A stretch of 63,287 nt of DNA, the filler included, from Folioceros fuciformis (lineage: Eukaryota), in the NCBI GenBank assembly GCA_049999805.1. It is 30 parts of 30 records of this genome, joined end to end, with 100 filler letters (N's around TTAATTAATTAA, not from the genome) between each part and the next. Parts side by side here need not be neighbours in the genome. Positions count along the whole stretch, not along the records: positions 1 to 1,194 come from JBNGIO010000829.1; positions 1,295 to 4,027 come from JBNGIO010000830.1; positions 4,128 to 5,564 come from JBNGIO010000831.1; positions 5,665 to 6,882 come from JBNGIO010000832.1; positions 6,983 to 9,068 come from JBNGIO010000833.1; positions 9,169 to 11,816 come from JBNGIO010000834.1; positions 11,917 to 13,208 come from JBNGIO010000835.1; 23 more parts are not named here. One strand, given 5' to 3'. The first letter of the stretch is position 1, and each line of letters starts with the position of its first letter. The position numbers and the translations under genes are program-made. Below are positions 1 through 11,995 of the stretch, in pieces. Under the pieces are notes generated by a model, which saw only the letters and a program-made list of their open reading frames with translations, ran no database searches and had not been told where the DNA came from.

Positions 1-1194
1 CTGAATCCGGAGGCCGGCTGGCAGCCTCTGACCAGTCGGCCTGGGCATAAGGAGGTTGGCGGAGCTAGGCCAAGGCCAGGGGCAGGCCAGGAAGGCTGGT
101 CAAGGTTGGCTGGCTGGCCGGATTCGGACTAGCAGCTGAGGCAGGCCATGGGGCGGCTGGCGGCCGGTTGGGGGAAGCCCAGGCAGGGGGAAATCCAAGC
201 CAAGCCCGGCCGCTGTGGACCAGGCAGGCAGATCCTGCCAGTCGTGACTGCAGGCAGGAAACCAGCAGGCAGCTTGGTAGCGGCCTGGCTGATCGGTGGC
301 CGGGCTGGACGACTTATCAAGGCTGGTTGCTTGGCTGGAGGCCAGAGGCCAGCTAGCGGCCTCTGGCCAGTCGGCTTGGGCAAGCAGGCGATGGCCAGGG
401 GAATCGGGCAAGCGAGTAGGTTGGCAAGGGGGGCTTGCCGGATTCGGCTAGCTTCCCAGTCGGATCAGGCCAGCAGCAGGCTGGCCAGGCGGCTGGCGTC
501 AGTGGTTGAGGCGGCTAGCCAGCGGGCTTAGGTGGCCCCTGGCTAGATCAGGTGACAGGCGGCCTCTGGGCGAATCGGCAGGAGGCTGGCTAGGGGCTGC
601 AACAGGCAGCCTTGCGGGCTGGCTGCCTGGCCAGATCCAAGGGGACAGGTAGGCGCCCCAACGGCGCAGACAGCCCAGCAGGCGGATCCAGGCAGATGCT
701 GGCCGGATCGCTAGACAGCCAACCCGGCCAGCAGCAGGAGCAAGCCGGCTGGTTGAGGGGAATCCTGGCCGGGGAAGGCAGCCAGGCCTTGGTAGGCCTG
801 GCGCGTGTGGGTTTAGCTAGCCAGACGTGCCTCGGGCTGGTCCAGGCCGTGCTGGCCAGCAAGCAAGGCCAGGCAGGCGGCATCAGTGCCGGCTGCGGAG
901 GGGGCTGGAGCGGACTCAGGCAGGATCCGGGCTGAATCCAAGTAGGCGATGGCACTGGACCTGGACCAGGCGGGGTGCAGGCGAATCTTGGGAGGCAGGA
1001 GGCAAGCGAGGCGGTCCAGTCGTCCAGGCGGATCAGAGGTGGGTGCTGGTCGGATTACCAGGCAGCCAGCGAGCGGACCAATTGCAGGCTGGAGGGCAGT
1101 CAGAGGGTAGGCAGGTCCGGTGCTGGCTGGATCACGACTGGTAGATCAGTCGGGGGCAGGAAGCTGCTCTTGCGACCCTGGTGGAAGGCTCTGG
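1..1194. repeat. GC-rich, G-skewed degenerate repetitive DNA
   Basis: Recurrent GGCTGGCC/GCCAG/GGATC motifs. Blocks such as cctctgaccagtcggcctgggca (~26) and cctctggccagtcggcttgggca (~360), and gccggattcgg (~117, ~437), recur about 320-335 nt apart. No credible protein in any frame. Confidence 0.5.
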
Positions 1195-1294
1195 NNNNNN
1201 NNNNNNNNNNNNNNNNNNNNNNNNNNNNNNNNNNNNNNTTAATTAATTAANNNNNNNNNNNNNNNNNNNNNNNNNNNNNNNNNNNNNNNNNNNN
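1195..1294. other. Artificial contig-joining linker (first of 29)
   Basis: 44 N + TTAATTAATTAA (stops in all six frames) + 44 N. Identical 100-nt linkers start at 1195, 4028, 5565, 6883, 9069, 11817, 13209, 19307, 21424, 24382, 25527, 28560, 30361, 31502, 32671, 34467, 35913, 37384, 38552, 41649, 42912, 48894, 51074, 52448, 53594, 55472, 58470, 60721 and 61881. Confidence 0.99.
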
Positions 1295-1556
1295 GTCGTA
1301 GGTAGACAGCCTACCCCATTGCCGTAGGTGGGGTGTCTACCGTATAAGTACCTTCCCTACCTACATAGGTATCTTCCATTTTCCCCACGTAGGTACTCTC
1401 TCTACGTAGGTAGGTAGACATCCTACTACGTAGGTATCTTCTTATCCTAACCTACCAAAATAGAACTAAAAAGCTCCATAAAAACCTTCACCAGCCGCTC
1501 ACTACCTACCATGGTCACTTGCCCAGAAACCTACCTTCCACATGCCTCCCTTTGAA

Positions 1557-3861
1557 CTATTCTGAACAAAAAGAAACCAAGTTAGACTTTTCTAGACCGA
1601 TTATCAAACTTTTCCGTTCCACACTACTGCTGCTGCTCGACCTTTCTAGCGACGGCATAGGTGGGCCCCATCGTGGGCGACTCTTCCTCTCCTCCCGTCG
1701 CCTATTACTGAGGATGAGCACCGGCTCCCGTTCAACCCACGTCTGTGCCTCCTCCTCCATCAGTTCTTCTAGGACTACCTCTGAATAGTAGGGAGGCAGT
1801 CCCTACACTCGGCAACATTGGTAAAAAGACCCCCTGCGAGTCCTCAGCTGCAGGCAATAGCCCCTTGTCCCTCCTAATCCCATACGCACATATACAGTCA
1901 ATTTTAGCACACGGGCTCCATCCACATAAAGGCCAGGAACATAAGTGGCCTCATCATGATATTGCAATACAATCTGATCCTTTGGTGTAGATGAAGTGCT
2001 TACCCCCTCCTCCTGTGGGCTATTCCAGACTGCTTGCCCTCTGCTTTCAAGTGGCACTGGAAGATCTTCCATTCCCCCAACTGCTGCTCCTCCTTGCTCC
2101 ATCCTCTTGGTGCGAGTTGCCATTCCAGCTCTGCGGGTTGTAGGTTCCTTGACGGTTGCTTCTTCCACTACCTTGGTCGGGCTCTCCTCTACCGGCCTGG
2201 TCTCTCTCCGACCGGTAGCCTCTTTAGCTACCTCCATTGCAACTCGGCTACCTCGCCTGGCTCTGCCCTTCTCTTTCACTCTACTCCGGGCTTCGTCCCG
2301 TTCCCACTTGTACCTGTCCACCAGCTTCTGCACTTTCTCCACTGTAGACGCTTCCTGTTCCTGGGCCTTCAGTAATTCCTGTTGCATTTCCTGGTTAGTC
2401 CCATGGGCCTCTCTCACTTGAGCTAGGAGCGATTCCTGTTGCTCCTTCAGCGTCTGCACTTCCTCTCGAGCTTGGCGGGCTTCCTCCTCTGCTTGCTCCT
2501 CGGTCGCGCTCAGGGTCTACCGAAATTCTTCCAGGTGCTGCCAACACGCTTTGGCCTCGATTAGCTTTTCCTATGCCTCAGCCTCTTTCTGCCCCTGCAT
2601 ACTCAACCAGGGTAGTGCCTTGGCAGCCTGGTCCAACATGTCCGCCTGAGCCTGCACCATCGCCGTAGTCAGGCATGGCAAGTCCACCTGCTGTGACTCA
2701 CCCCCAGGAGCCATCCTCCTGTCCAAGATCTGTCTCCCCAACAACGCATGCAATCTGGCCAGATCCTCCGCCTGCAGTCTGGTCACAGGAGGGACACCCT
2801 TGAAAATTCCTTCCCATCCTAGGAAGGGTCCCTCCTCCTGAACTTGCCCTAAGTCGCCCGCCACCTCAGCCAGGCTCGCTTCCACTTCTGGCACCTTCTC
2901 CTGAGGTGCCTCCGACTCCTTTTTGGCTCGCTCCTGGACAACCTCCTATTGCACCGATTCACCTGTCCTCTTGGCGACTCGTCCGCCAGTCTTTCTTCTC
3001 TTGGCAGGGGTCCTCCGGCCTGCTCCTGCCTTCCGCTTCCTGCTGGTCGGGGTTTCCTCTTCTGAGCTCTCTATGGCCCCCGACTCCCAACTGCTGGAGT
3101 CAACTTTGTCCTTTGGCTCCTCCGGCTTCCACTTCACTTCCCTCACCGGCTTCCACATGTGCAGTGAGGCAATGACTTCATTCTCAGGCAGGAGGTTAGC
3201 ATGGCAACACAAGTGAACCAAGAATGGGGCAATCATCGACAGTCGGGGAGAGGAGAAGGCCAAGTTCTACCTCTCTTCACTCAGCCTGTCATAGAGAATT
3301 TTCCCCCAGTCTACCCTACTGCCCTTGACCACCTCGTGCAAAAACAACAACATCTGCTCAGAGAGGTAGTCCTTCTTCCGATTCTGGAGGAAGCACAAAA
3401 GCCACCTCGCAAGGCCCATCAGTTGGGTAGTCGCCATCTCTCTCTGCCAACCATCCGTTGGCCTCTCACCCGATTCCTACCTTGAACAAGGCTGCCACGG
3501 CTGCTGCAGTGCTGCGCTTCTTCAGCGACTCGAGGACGAGTCCTCCTTCCTCCTCTTGGCTGCGCCCATACATCGCTCGCACCAGGTCTACGCTCCAGTC
3601 CTCTAGGTTTCCCCGAATTCCTCCCTCCTTCGCCGGGCTCCTCAGTCACTGAGCGCACTCCTGCACCATACTAGGAGCTACGTGGTTCCAGCACTGGGCC
3701 ATGAACCCGAGGCCTAGCTCTTCCACCAGCCTTCCGGCCTTGACCCGCCAGTGCTCCATGTTTGGCCAGAAGGTGACCTCTACCCGCGGCGCAGGAGCTT
3801 GCTCCTCCTCCCTGGCCGCTTCCGCTGACGCCAATTGCGCAGTGACTCTCTCCCACTTCAT
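1557..3861 (-). pseudogene. Degenerate long ORF, probable accessory ORF of an Athila/Tat-like Gypsy retrotransposon
   Basis: Minus-strand segments separated by stops: ...LHEVVKGSRVDWGKILYDRL...IAPFLVHL..., a basic/acidic linker, a coiled-coil (QESLLAQVREAHGTNQEMQQELLKAQEQE), then a C-terminal domain also found at 5715-5996. The retrotransposon assignment is inference from architecture. Confidence 0.45.
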
Positions 3862-4127
3862 CCTGCCATGTCTTCTCTTTGCTCTACCTGACTCTGCTGG
3901 ATCGGTCGTCCTCTACGCCGCCTCTGTCTCGCTCAACCGCTGTTTCGCCCGCTTGCTCTTTGCCGAGGTTGCGCTCTCCACTCACGTCTCGTCCACCACT
4001 TCCGCTCCCCGACTCCTCAGTTGCGCTNNNNNNNNNNNNNNNNNNNNNNNNNNNNNNNNNNNNNNNNNNNNTTAATTAATTAANNNNNNNNNNNNNNNNN
4101 NNNNNNNNNNNNNNNNNNNNNNNNNNN

Positions 4128-5564
4128 AAGGTTGGGAGATTAGGTTAGAATAGTAGCTAGATTTATGGTGAGTCAATAGGGAAGGTAGGTTGTGTGGTAG
4201 ATAGGACACGGGCTCTGGTTCCTCACGATAAGGTAACGGAGGAATAGGAAACCCTAGGACGGGTCGAGGAAGGCGAGCCGGGGGTTCTCTGGCTGTTGCT
4301 AGGAGAAGCGGGAGATGGAGATCGAGGTGCCTGGGGCCGAGGACCTGGGAGCAGGCAACCAGGTTGGTGGCTGTTGGGAAGCTTAGGCCGCAACCTAGCT
4401 CGGTCCAATCAGGCAGGAAGCAAAGGTGTTGTCGGATTTGGGCTAGGCGAGCCTTGGTGGATCCAAGCGGTGAGGGCTGGCAGACGTGGTGTGTCAGGCA
4501 GAACTGGTCGGTTTCAGCAAGAGGACGGCACTGGGCCAGGATGGATGGGACTCGACTAGGCCATGCAGCAGGCCAGCCAGGTGAAGGCAAACTCGAGACC
4601 AGCGCAAGCGGCCATGCAGCTGGGCTAGGAGACGTTGGGAGGCGGGTCAGTTCGAGTCTGGAGGGCAGCGAAGCCGAAGGGGGCCGATCGATGGAGACCC
4701 AGGAGTAAGGCCTGTCGAGCAACCGAGCTGGGCCGAGGGGTTTGCCGGATCTAAGGGGGCTTGGCCGAAGATGGCCGCGGGGTTGCAGGCCTCTAGGGCT
4801 ATTACTGGAGCAGTGGGCGGGTTAGGTGGCCAGGCAAGGCGTGAGCAGTCCCGTTCGGGTCCAGACATAGCAGCCGAGCAGGGTGCTGGACCCGGAAGCC
4901 AACAAGGCTGGTGTGTGGCCTCGGTACACATGGGTGGCTGGCAAGGCGGGTGGTGGCGGCGCATCGAAGCTGGCCAGGATGGACCTGAGCCAGGCCGAGG
5001 GTTGGGCTGGCTGGGGTTATTCACGACCAGAGCTAGGTAGTCTAGGAGCTCGAGGGGTAGCCAACCGGCAGGCAGGCCGGCTGATTGGAGTGGCTGGCTA
5101 GCTTAGGTAGATGGCGGCGATGGCCGCAGCCCGGGGGAGCTCCTTGACGGCGGAGGATCCAAAAGACGAGCAAATCCGGGCTGAGGGCGAGACCGGGCAG
5201 TGGCGGCTGTGGCGGAAGGTAGACCCGACCACAGCAGGTGCCGGATCAGCGGCTACTATGGAGGGGACAACCAGGCCGGGCCATGGCGACTTTGGAGCAG
5301 GCCGTCGATGGTCGATCCAAGCCGGTGTAGGCCGCGAACGGGCAGTAGCAGGGGATCGGCAGCAACTGGGGTCCAGGCCGCACCAAGCGGGCCGAGGAGA
5401 CGATGGATCCAGGTTCCAGGTAGGCGCCGCCATCGGCTGGTATTGGTTAGATGGTGTTGGGGTAGATCTGGGCAACTAGCGTGGGTCGGTGGAAGATGCG
5501 GGGCTACCTGTGGTGCAGACGGTTTCGTGGTTCTTGTGAAAAGCTGCAGCATATTTTATGTGCT
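4128..5564. repeat. GC-rich, G-skewed non-coding repetitive region of similar composition to 1-1194
   Basis: Same motif usage (GGCCAG, GGATC, GGCTAG). Overlapping ORFs in all frames with no recognisable motifs. Confidence 0.35.
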
Positions 5565-5664
5565 NNNNNNNNNNNNNNNNNNNNNNNNNNNNNNNNNNNN
5601 NNNNNNNNTTAATTAATTAANNNNNNNNNNNNNNNNNNNNNNNNNNNNNNNNNNNNNNNNNNNN

Positions 5665-6191
5665 GAGGTAGCCCAAGGGAGGACGGGGTAAGCACCTCTG
5701 TGATGACAGAAGGTCGGATTGTGCTGCAGTATGAGGAGGAGGCCTCCTATGTGCCAGGACTGTATGTAGAAGGGGCCAGGGTTCTGAAGCTGTTTTTGTA
5801 TGTACGTATGGGCACAGGAGGGACGCGGGGCTACGTCCTGCAGTTGAGGACGCGCCTGGGACTCTACCACAACAGATGGTGGGTGACAGGACTGCCCCAC
5901 TGCTATGCGGAGGCAGTTTTGGAGGAACTGACGGAAGAGGAGGCCCAGCGCTGGGTAGAACGGGGGCCTGTGGCTGTCCTCAGTAACCAGAGAAGGAGGA
6001 GGGGTGGTGGACCACAGCTGCGGGACCCACCTGCACCGCCAGCCAGGCCCAGCAGCAGCAGCAGTGATGTGGAGATCCTCTGGGAGGACCTGCCGGATCA
6101 ACGGAGGGGCAGAAGAGCGAGAGGAGGAGCAGCGAGGGGTGATGTGCGAAGGCCAGGAGGAAGCCGCCAGCGGCGCAGGACAGGGCGATAG
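5665..6191 (+). CDS. 3' part of an unknown ORF, homologous to the C-terminal domain at 1695-1976 (5'-truncated by contig edge)
   Basis: RIVLQYEEEASYVPGLYVEGARVLKLFLYVRMGTGGTRGYVLQLRTR... aligns ungapped with the contig-2 copy, 66/94 identical by manual count. Confidence 0.6.
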
Positions 6192-6982
6192 TAAATGCAG
6201 GCTAGAATAGTTTTTTTTAGCGTGCTTTATTTGGACCCAAGTCGCTTAGAATTTAAGAGCGCAGCCCCCTTGCCTGACAGACTTTATGGCGGAAAAACCG
6301 CCATCACCGTGTACAAGAGGCCGGTTTGAAGGCCTAAGGATGTAGCAAAACACCAGCCGAGCAGTCGACCTTGCAGGAACCTAGCGATGGCCGTTGCTGG
6401 ACAGGAGGTCCAGGCAAGCGAGCGCACGTAGCAACCTGAGGTGCGGGTGTAGGTGGTGAGCGCTCCGTGATAAGGTCCGGGGACGAATCGGGAGGAGGAG
6501 CCTCGCCGAGTGGGAGAGAAGCTCCCCAGCTATCCTCGGAGTGGTCACGTGGGTGGTGTGGGTGTCGGAGCCGAATCCGCGAGTTCGGAGTGGAAGAGGT
6601 CCTCTTCCCTTAGCTCCGGTACCTCACCATTCCTCAATGTTCATGGAAGCCCAGGAGGGGCATTGCTGAGAAAGGAGACGGAGGATTGGATAAAGAAGAA
6701 GCACGAGGGTGCGCGTGTGTGAGAAAGAGGAGAAGCGAGTTACCAGAGACGAGGAGAACGTATAACGAGAACTGGTGAGTGGAGAACGAAGCCGGAGAAA
6801 CCTTGGAAGCAAGGTGAGTAATGTGTAACGAGACGTGGTGAGTATGAGTGACTAGTCGCGATGAGGCTGGAGAGACTGTGAGNNNNNNNNNNNNNNNNNN
6901 NNNNNNNNNNNNNNNNNNNNNNNNNNTTAATTAATTAANNNNNNNNNNNNNNNNNNNNNNNNNNNNNNNNNNNNNNNNNNNN

Positions 6983-9068
6983 AGAGGAGTTGAATCAATC
7001 GCTGGAGGGTGCGGCAACAAAAGGGGGGCCAGCCAAGACCACGCCAGCAAGGGAACAGGACGGGCCAAAGGACGCGACCACTCGGCCCACGGTAGGGGTA
7101 GAGAAGGGGAGATCACGAGTGCTGGATTTGGCGGAAGCCATCATGGATCAGAAATTCATGGTGACTTTTGGACAATTGCTCCAAGATACACCGTGATATC
7201 GGCAGCAGTTGAGGCGAGCATTGAAGATGGCACAACCAAGGAGGAAACCAAGTTTTCCAAGGGTGAGACTAAGGACACACGCTGTGAATTTGGTAACCAT
7301 GACAGATCAAGGACCAGCCGAGCTGCAAATCAAAATTGCAGGATGTGTAATTAAGAAAGTACCTTTGGACACGGGGTCTGGAGTAAACATTATGACTGAA
7401 GACACAGTCGGAAATTGGGTTTGGAAATCGAGCACACGGCCAAGGTCTTGCGATTGGCGGATATGTCAAAAATGGCACCAGTCGGAGAAATTCTTGGGGT
7501 ATTAACCCATATTGGGACTATCCCCTACCTCATGGACTATGTCGTGATCAGGCAGAAAGCCCCGGGTTATGAAGTGCTGATTGGCAGAACTTGGATGTAT
7601 GGTGCCAGGTGCAAGTTCAAATGGGGGCGGAAGGAAGTAGGCTTTAAACCAGTAGACTGGGATCCAAAGGCTAAGGAAGGAAGAATGTGTCTGTCTTGGA
7701 GTAAGGATATGTACGCAGGTGAGACACCCTCTGAGACGGAGGGGTACACTTCAACCGAAGACACGGGAGGACAGGCAGATGAGGATGAAAGATTTCCGTT
7801 TGTGCATATCTTGTGGTTGGAGGAAGAGAAGGATTACTAGCCGCAGCTACCTAGGGTTAGTTGTTACAGGGTCACAGAGGCGGAAGCAGATGAGGAGACG
7901 GGGGAAGAAGACATTTCCTCTGGGGAACGTGAGGTAGTCCCTTGGACTACTGCGGTGGCCTGAGGGGAACGGACGGTAGCCCAAGAGGGTACCAAGGGAG
8001 TCGGATCGGACGGGATCAAAGAGGGTGATCTGGACATGAGGATTCCTAAGGATCAGGAGGGCGTTACGAGGATCACCTCCGAAGAGCTGTTCTGTGAATG
8101 GGGGATGAGGGAGGCAGAACCCCGAAGGCCAAAGGAAGGGTTTGGTGTTACTTCGGCACCGATTGAACGAGAGTGGGTACAGGCGGATGAGATCAAGGAT
8201 GTGGAGGTCCTGCCAGGGAAAATCCTTAAGTTCTCCACCAAGCTGGATGCGGTGCTGGAAGAAGGGATGAAGGACCTGCTGGCCTAGTTTATTGATGTGT
8301 TTGCGTTTGATGTCACAGACATGAAGGGCATTCCCAAGGAGTGGGGGGAGCATAGGATTGAACTGGAGCCAGGGGCAGTGCCCGTGAGGATACCCCTGTA
8401 TAAGTTGAACCCAAAGTATTCCCTGAAAGTAAAGGAACAGCTAGAGCTATACCTGAGGGCAGACATCATTTATCCAATTGTCACCTCTGAATGGGTGGCA
8501 CCAATTGTAGTGGTACCCAAGAAACAGCCCGGGAAAATTCGAGTATGCCAGGATTGGAGGAGGTTGAACAAGGTGACTCAAAAGGATCACTTTCCGTTAC
8601 CTTTCATTGACAACATTCTGGACCTAGTAGCGGGAAAAATGACGTACTCCTTTTTGGACGGGTACTCAGGGTATAACCAGTTACATCTCCGGGAAAGTGA
8701 CTGGCCGTTAACTGCCTTCACCACCGACTGGGGAACCTACGCCTACAAGCGCAGCGCCTTTGGACTGACTGGAGCACCTGGGTCCTTCATGAGAACAATT
8801 GTCAAGATCTTTAAGGATTTCCTACGAGACTTTATGGAAGTATTCCTGGACGATTTCTGTGTGTTTGGGTCAGCGGGGGAGCATCTACAGCACCTAAGGA
8901 AATGCCTGGAGAGATGTAGGGAGGCCAAGCTATGCCTCCACCCAGAAAAGTGTTATTTCGGAATGTCGGAAGGTATCCTATTGGGCCATAGAATTTCGGC
9001 TAGAGGGATTGAGGTGGATCCGGACAAAGTAAAGATCATTAAGGCACTCCGACCGCCGACCACGCTAA
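6983..9068 (+). mobile_element. Ty3/Gypsy (Athila-like) pol fragment: aspartic protease + reverse transcriptase, degenerate
   Basis: Protease motif VPLDTGSGVNIM (~7360-7395). RT motifs SEWVAPIVVVPKK, RVCQDWRRLNKVTQKDHFPLPFID, FLDGYSGYNQ, FLDDF (8297-9068). Stops and a frameshift lie upstream of the RT. Confidence 0.92.
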
Positions 9069-9168
9069 NNNNNNNNNNNNNNNNNNNNNNNNNNNNNNNN
9101 NNNNNNNNNNNNTTAATTAATTAANNNNNNNNNNNNNNNNNNNNNNNNNNNNNNNNNNNNNNNNNNNN

Positions 9169-9315
9169 ATAGCCTCGCCATTGTGCTGTACCCATAGCCT
9201 CGCCATTGTGCTGTACCCATAGCCTCGCCATTGTGCTGTACCCATAGCCTCGCCATTGTGCTGTACCCATAGCCTCGCCATTGTGCTGTACCCATAGCCT
9301 CGCCATTGTGCTGTA
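9169..9315 (+). repeat. 25-bp minisatellite, ~5.9 identical copies (truncated at contig edge)
   Basis: ATAGCCTCGCCATTGTGCTGTACCC at 9169, 9194, 9219, 9244, 9269 and 9294 (partial), with no spacers between units. Confidence 0.97.
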
Positions 9316-10288
9316 TGAGGGGAATGGCGACGCACCTGTACAGCTGCTTGTAGACTTGACCGCGGGATAAAAGATACTCTATATGAACCGAAATGAAGAA
9401 AAACGTTACGTCCCTTTTGGTCCACAAAGAGGTTAAAGGTACAGAAGAAAATTTGCTATATGGTGTATAGGTGTAGGGTCATCAAATTTGCTATATGGTG
9501 TTTAGGGTTTAGGGTTTTGGAAGGTAGAGTAGAGGAATATTCCTTAGATGCCACAAAACATTTACATATAAAATACATATTCCAACAAACTAAAAAAAAT
9601 ATGAATCTTTAGTCCTGGTATTCCACACCTTCGTTATTCAAGTCACTTACTCTTTACTTTGCCTTATCTTGATTTAAACTTTCAGCTCAATAAAATTTGA
9701 GGGCAATTTATTTAAAAAACAGAAAGTATTAGATAAACATTGTACATACTTTATACGTCATTATATTTCGCACATTGCGGCAAGCTTGGATTCAAGCTGC
9801 GGCAGTTCCCGTAGACGTCCGACGATCCGAGGAGAGTTGTCTGCACACTTGAGATCCTGGCGTCGTGCGGCTGTAGAAGGTTTGGATGGATGCCCTGCAT
9901 CACCGACACGTCTGGATGTATCTATTTTGTCTTAAAAAATGGCGTGGTTTGCTCTCTTGTCGCCATCATGTCGTGGGGGCACATCCACGCTCCAGGTGGA
10001 ACAGGAAGCGATCCAGCAGGCTCCAGGTGAGTCGTTGTCACTCTGGTTGGACCTGATGAGAAAATTAGTTGACCGTGCACCTACCATTGCTGACTCGTTG
10101 CCTGGTGCTGAGATGGTGTCGACGATGATTCAAGGTTTGAGCCGAAGCACCTACGGATGTGGTTGTTCCCTTGCCCACGCGTCGTTTGACCACAAGAGAA
10201 GATAACGTGTAGAGGAAGCAGCAGCGTGCTGGGCATTGGAAGTGTTTTCTCTTAGACATCATCGAAAATCTCAGATACAGTGGGTGCC

Positions 10289-11816
10289 ATGGCGGTGTTG
10301 CTGTGGATTGCTTTCTTCGTAACTGTGCTGAGCCTGTTTGTGGTGAAGTACAATCGTTGGCTTCACTGGCCAAACCTGAATCTGCCACCAGGGCCTGCAG
10401 GCATTCCGGTGCTGGGAAATCTGACCATCTTCACTGCCTCCAAGCTGCCTCACCATGTACTCTCTGATCTGGCTCAGCGCCACGGGCCCATCATGTTCCT
10501 GCAATTGGGAGTCACACCTTGCGTCGTGGTCTCCTCTCCAGAGGTGTGTAAAGAGCTGTTCAAAGGACAGGACCGCATTTTCGCATCTCGACCACATACG
10601 TCCGCCATCGAGAACCTGATGTATAGTGGTAGGGATGTCGGGTTCTCTCCTTACGGCGAATACTGGCGATTTACAAGGTGAGTGGAGCTAGGAAGCATCA
10701 GCAGCTGCTTGAGGACGTGGAAGAACTAAAACAGATGGTGGACCCTTCTCGATTTCTGAATAAGGTGCTCACTTTGGTTTCTTGATGAGCTGCAGGAAGA
10801 TAGTTACACTGGAGCTTCTGACGCAGAAGAAAATCAATGAGTTCTCGATCTTCCGACAGCAGGTAGCTTCTGCTATGGTGAAAGCCATTTACCACGACGC
10901 GGTCCAGTCGACTACCACCAGCATGAACAGAGTGCTGTCAGCGCTCTCCTTCAATTTCATGACGCAAATTTGCTTCAGCAAATATTTTGTGAGAATGAGC
11001 TCAGCCGCTGCTGGAGCAACCGAAGGACAAGACCCGCTGGAGATCGATGTACGCATATTATTTTCATCTAGGTTTCACAAATTGTGGAGAACTCTTGTAG
11101 TTTTCTGAATCGTCAATTTTGCCCTCACTCTCGGCATCTGGGTAACTTGTTCAGCCAGATGAGGCGAAGGAGTTTATAGCGCTGATTTCAGAGACTTTCA
11201 CGCTGCTTGGAGTACAGCTGATTGGGGACTACATTCCCTACCTGTCTGTGCTAGATCTGTTCACCAACTTCAGGGCTCGCATGAAGAAATGTCACAAGAG
11301 GCTGGACGAGTTCTTGACCCGAATACTACAGGAGCACAGGCAACATCCCAAGCAGAAAGATCGCGACTTTGTTGATGATCTCCTTGTGCTTAGCGCAAGC
11401 CATGGATCGGACCATTTAGATGACACAACCATCAAAGCTCTCTGCCTGGTTCCAATTCTCTGCTTATTCCTCTCACTAACCTCACACGTTGCTCTGTCTA
11501 GGCTTTGAGGAGAAGCAGTGCATGGGTTTACAAGTGCACTGGGTGAATCATGACACATGTGCCCTTCCTACTCGTGCAGGACATGTTACTGGGAGGCACA
11601 GATTCTTCTGCCAACACCTTGGAATGGGCGATGGCTGAGCTAGTCCGGCAGCCCGACATTGCTGCCAAACTGCAGGCAGAGTTGGACAGTGTTGTGGGAA
11701 AGGAAAGGCTGGTGGAGGAAGCTGACCTTCCTGACCTGCCCTTCCTTCAAGCTGTGGTGAAGGAGACACTCCGCCTTCATCCTGCTGCCGCTTTGAACTT
11801 GCCCCATTCGTCCATT
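10289..11816 (+). CDS. Cytochrome P450, CYP71 clan; exons 10289-10677, 10796-11048, 11155-11448, 11580->11816 (3'-truncated)
   Basis: N-terminal membrane anchor, LPPGP hinge, YGEYWR(x)R C-helix motif, I-helix GGTDSS, K-helix KETLRLHP. Three GT-AG introns keep the frame; the third is phase 0 just before the I-helix, as is typical of A-type P450s. Confidence 0.93.
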
Positions 11817-11995
11817 NNNNNNNNNNNNNNNNNNNNNNNNNNNNNNNNNNNNNNNNNNNNTTAATTAATTAANNNNNNNNNNNNNNNNNNNNNNNNNNNN
11901 NNNNNNNNNNNNNNNNGTGTTTGAATTTGCTCTCTCAGGCAGTTCGCATCTAGAGCAAGGTAGCTTGGAAGTCACACGTTTCTTTCTCATGGCAG

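Noticed and set aside
100-5616. Many overlapping 60-200 aa ORFs in the GC-rich contigs 1 and 3
   Set aside because: Open in all frames because GC-rich DNA has few stops; no motifs or consistent frame.
9169-9315. 25-bp repeat as a CRISPR array
   Set aside because: Units are contiguous with no unique spacers, there are no cas genes, and the context is eukaryotic.
9415-9436. ...CACAAAGAGG-TTAA as a piggyBac-like terminus
   Set aside because: Single short motif with no matching opposite end or transposase in the contig.
9501-9518. TTTAGGG units as a telomere
   Set aside because: Only two units, internal to the contig; similar short motifs occur at several other places.
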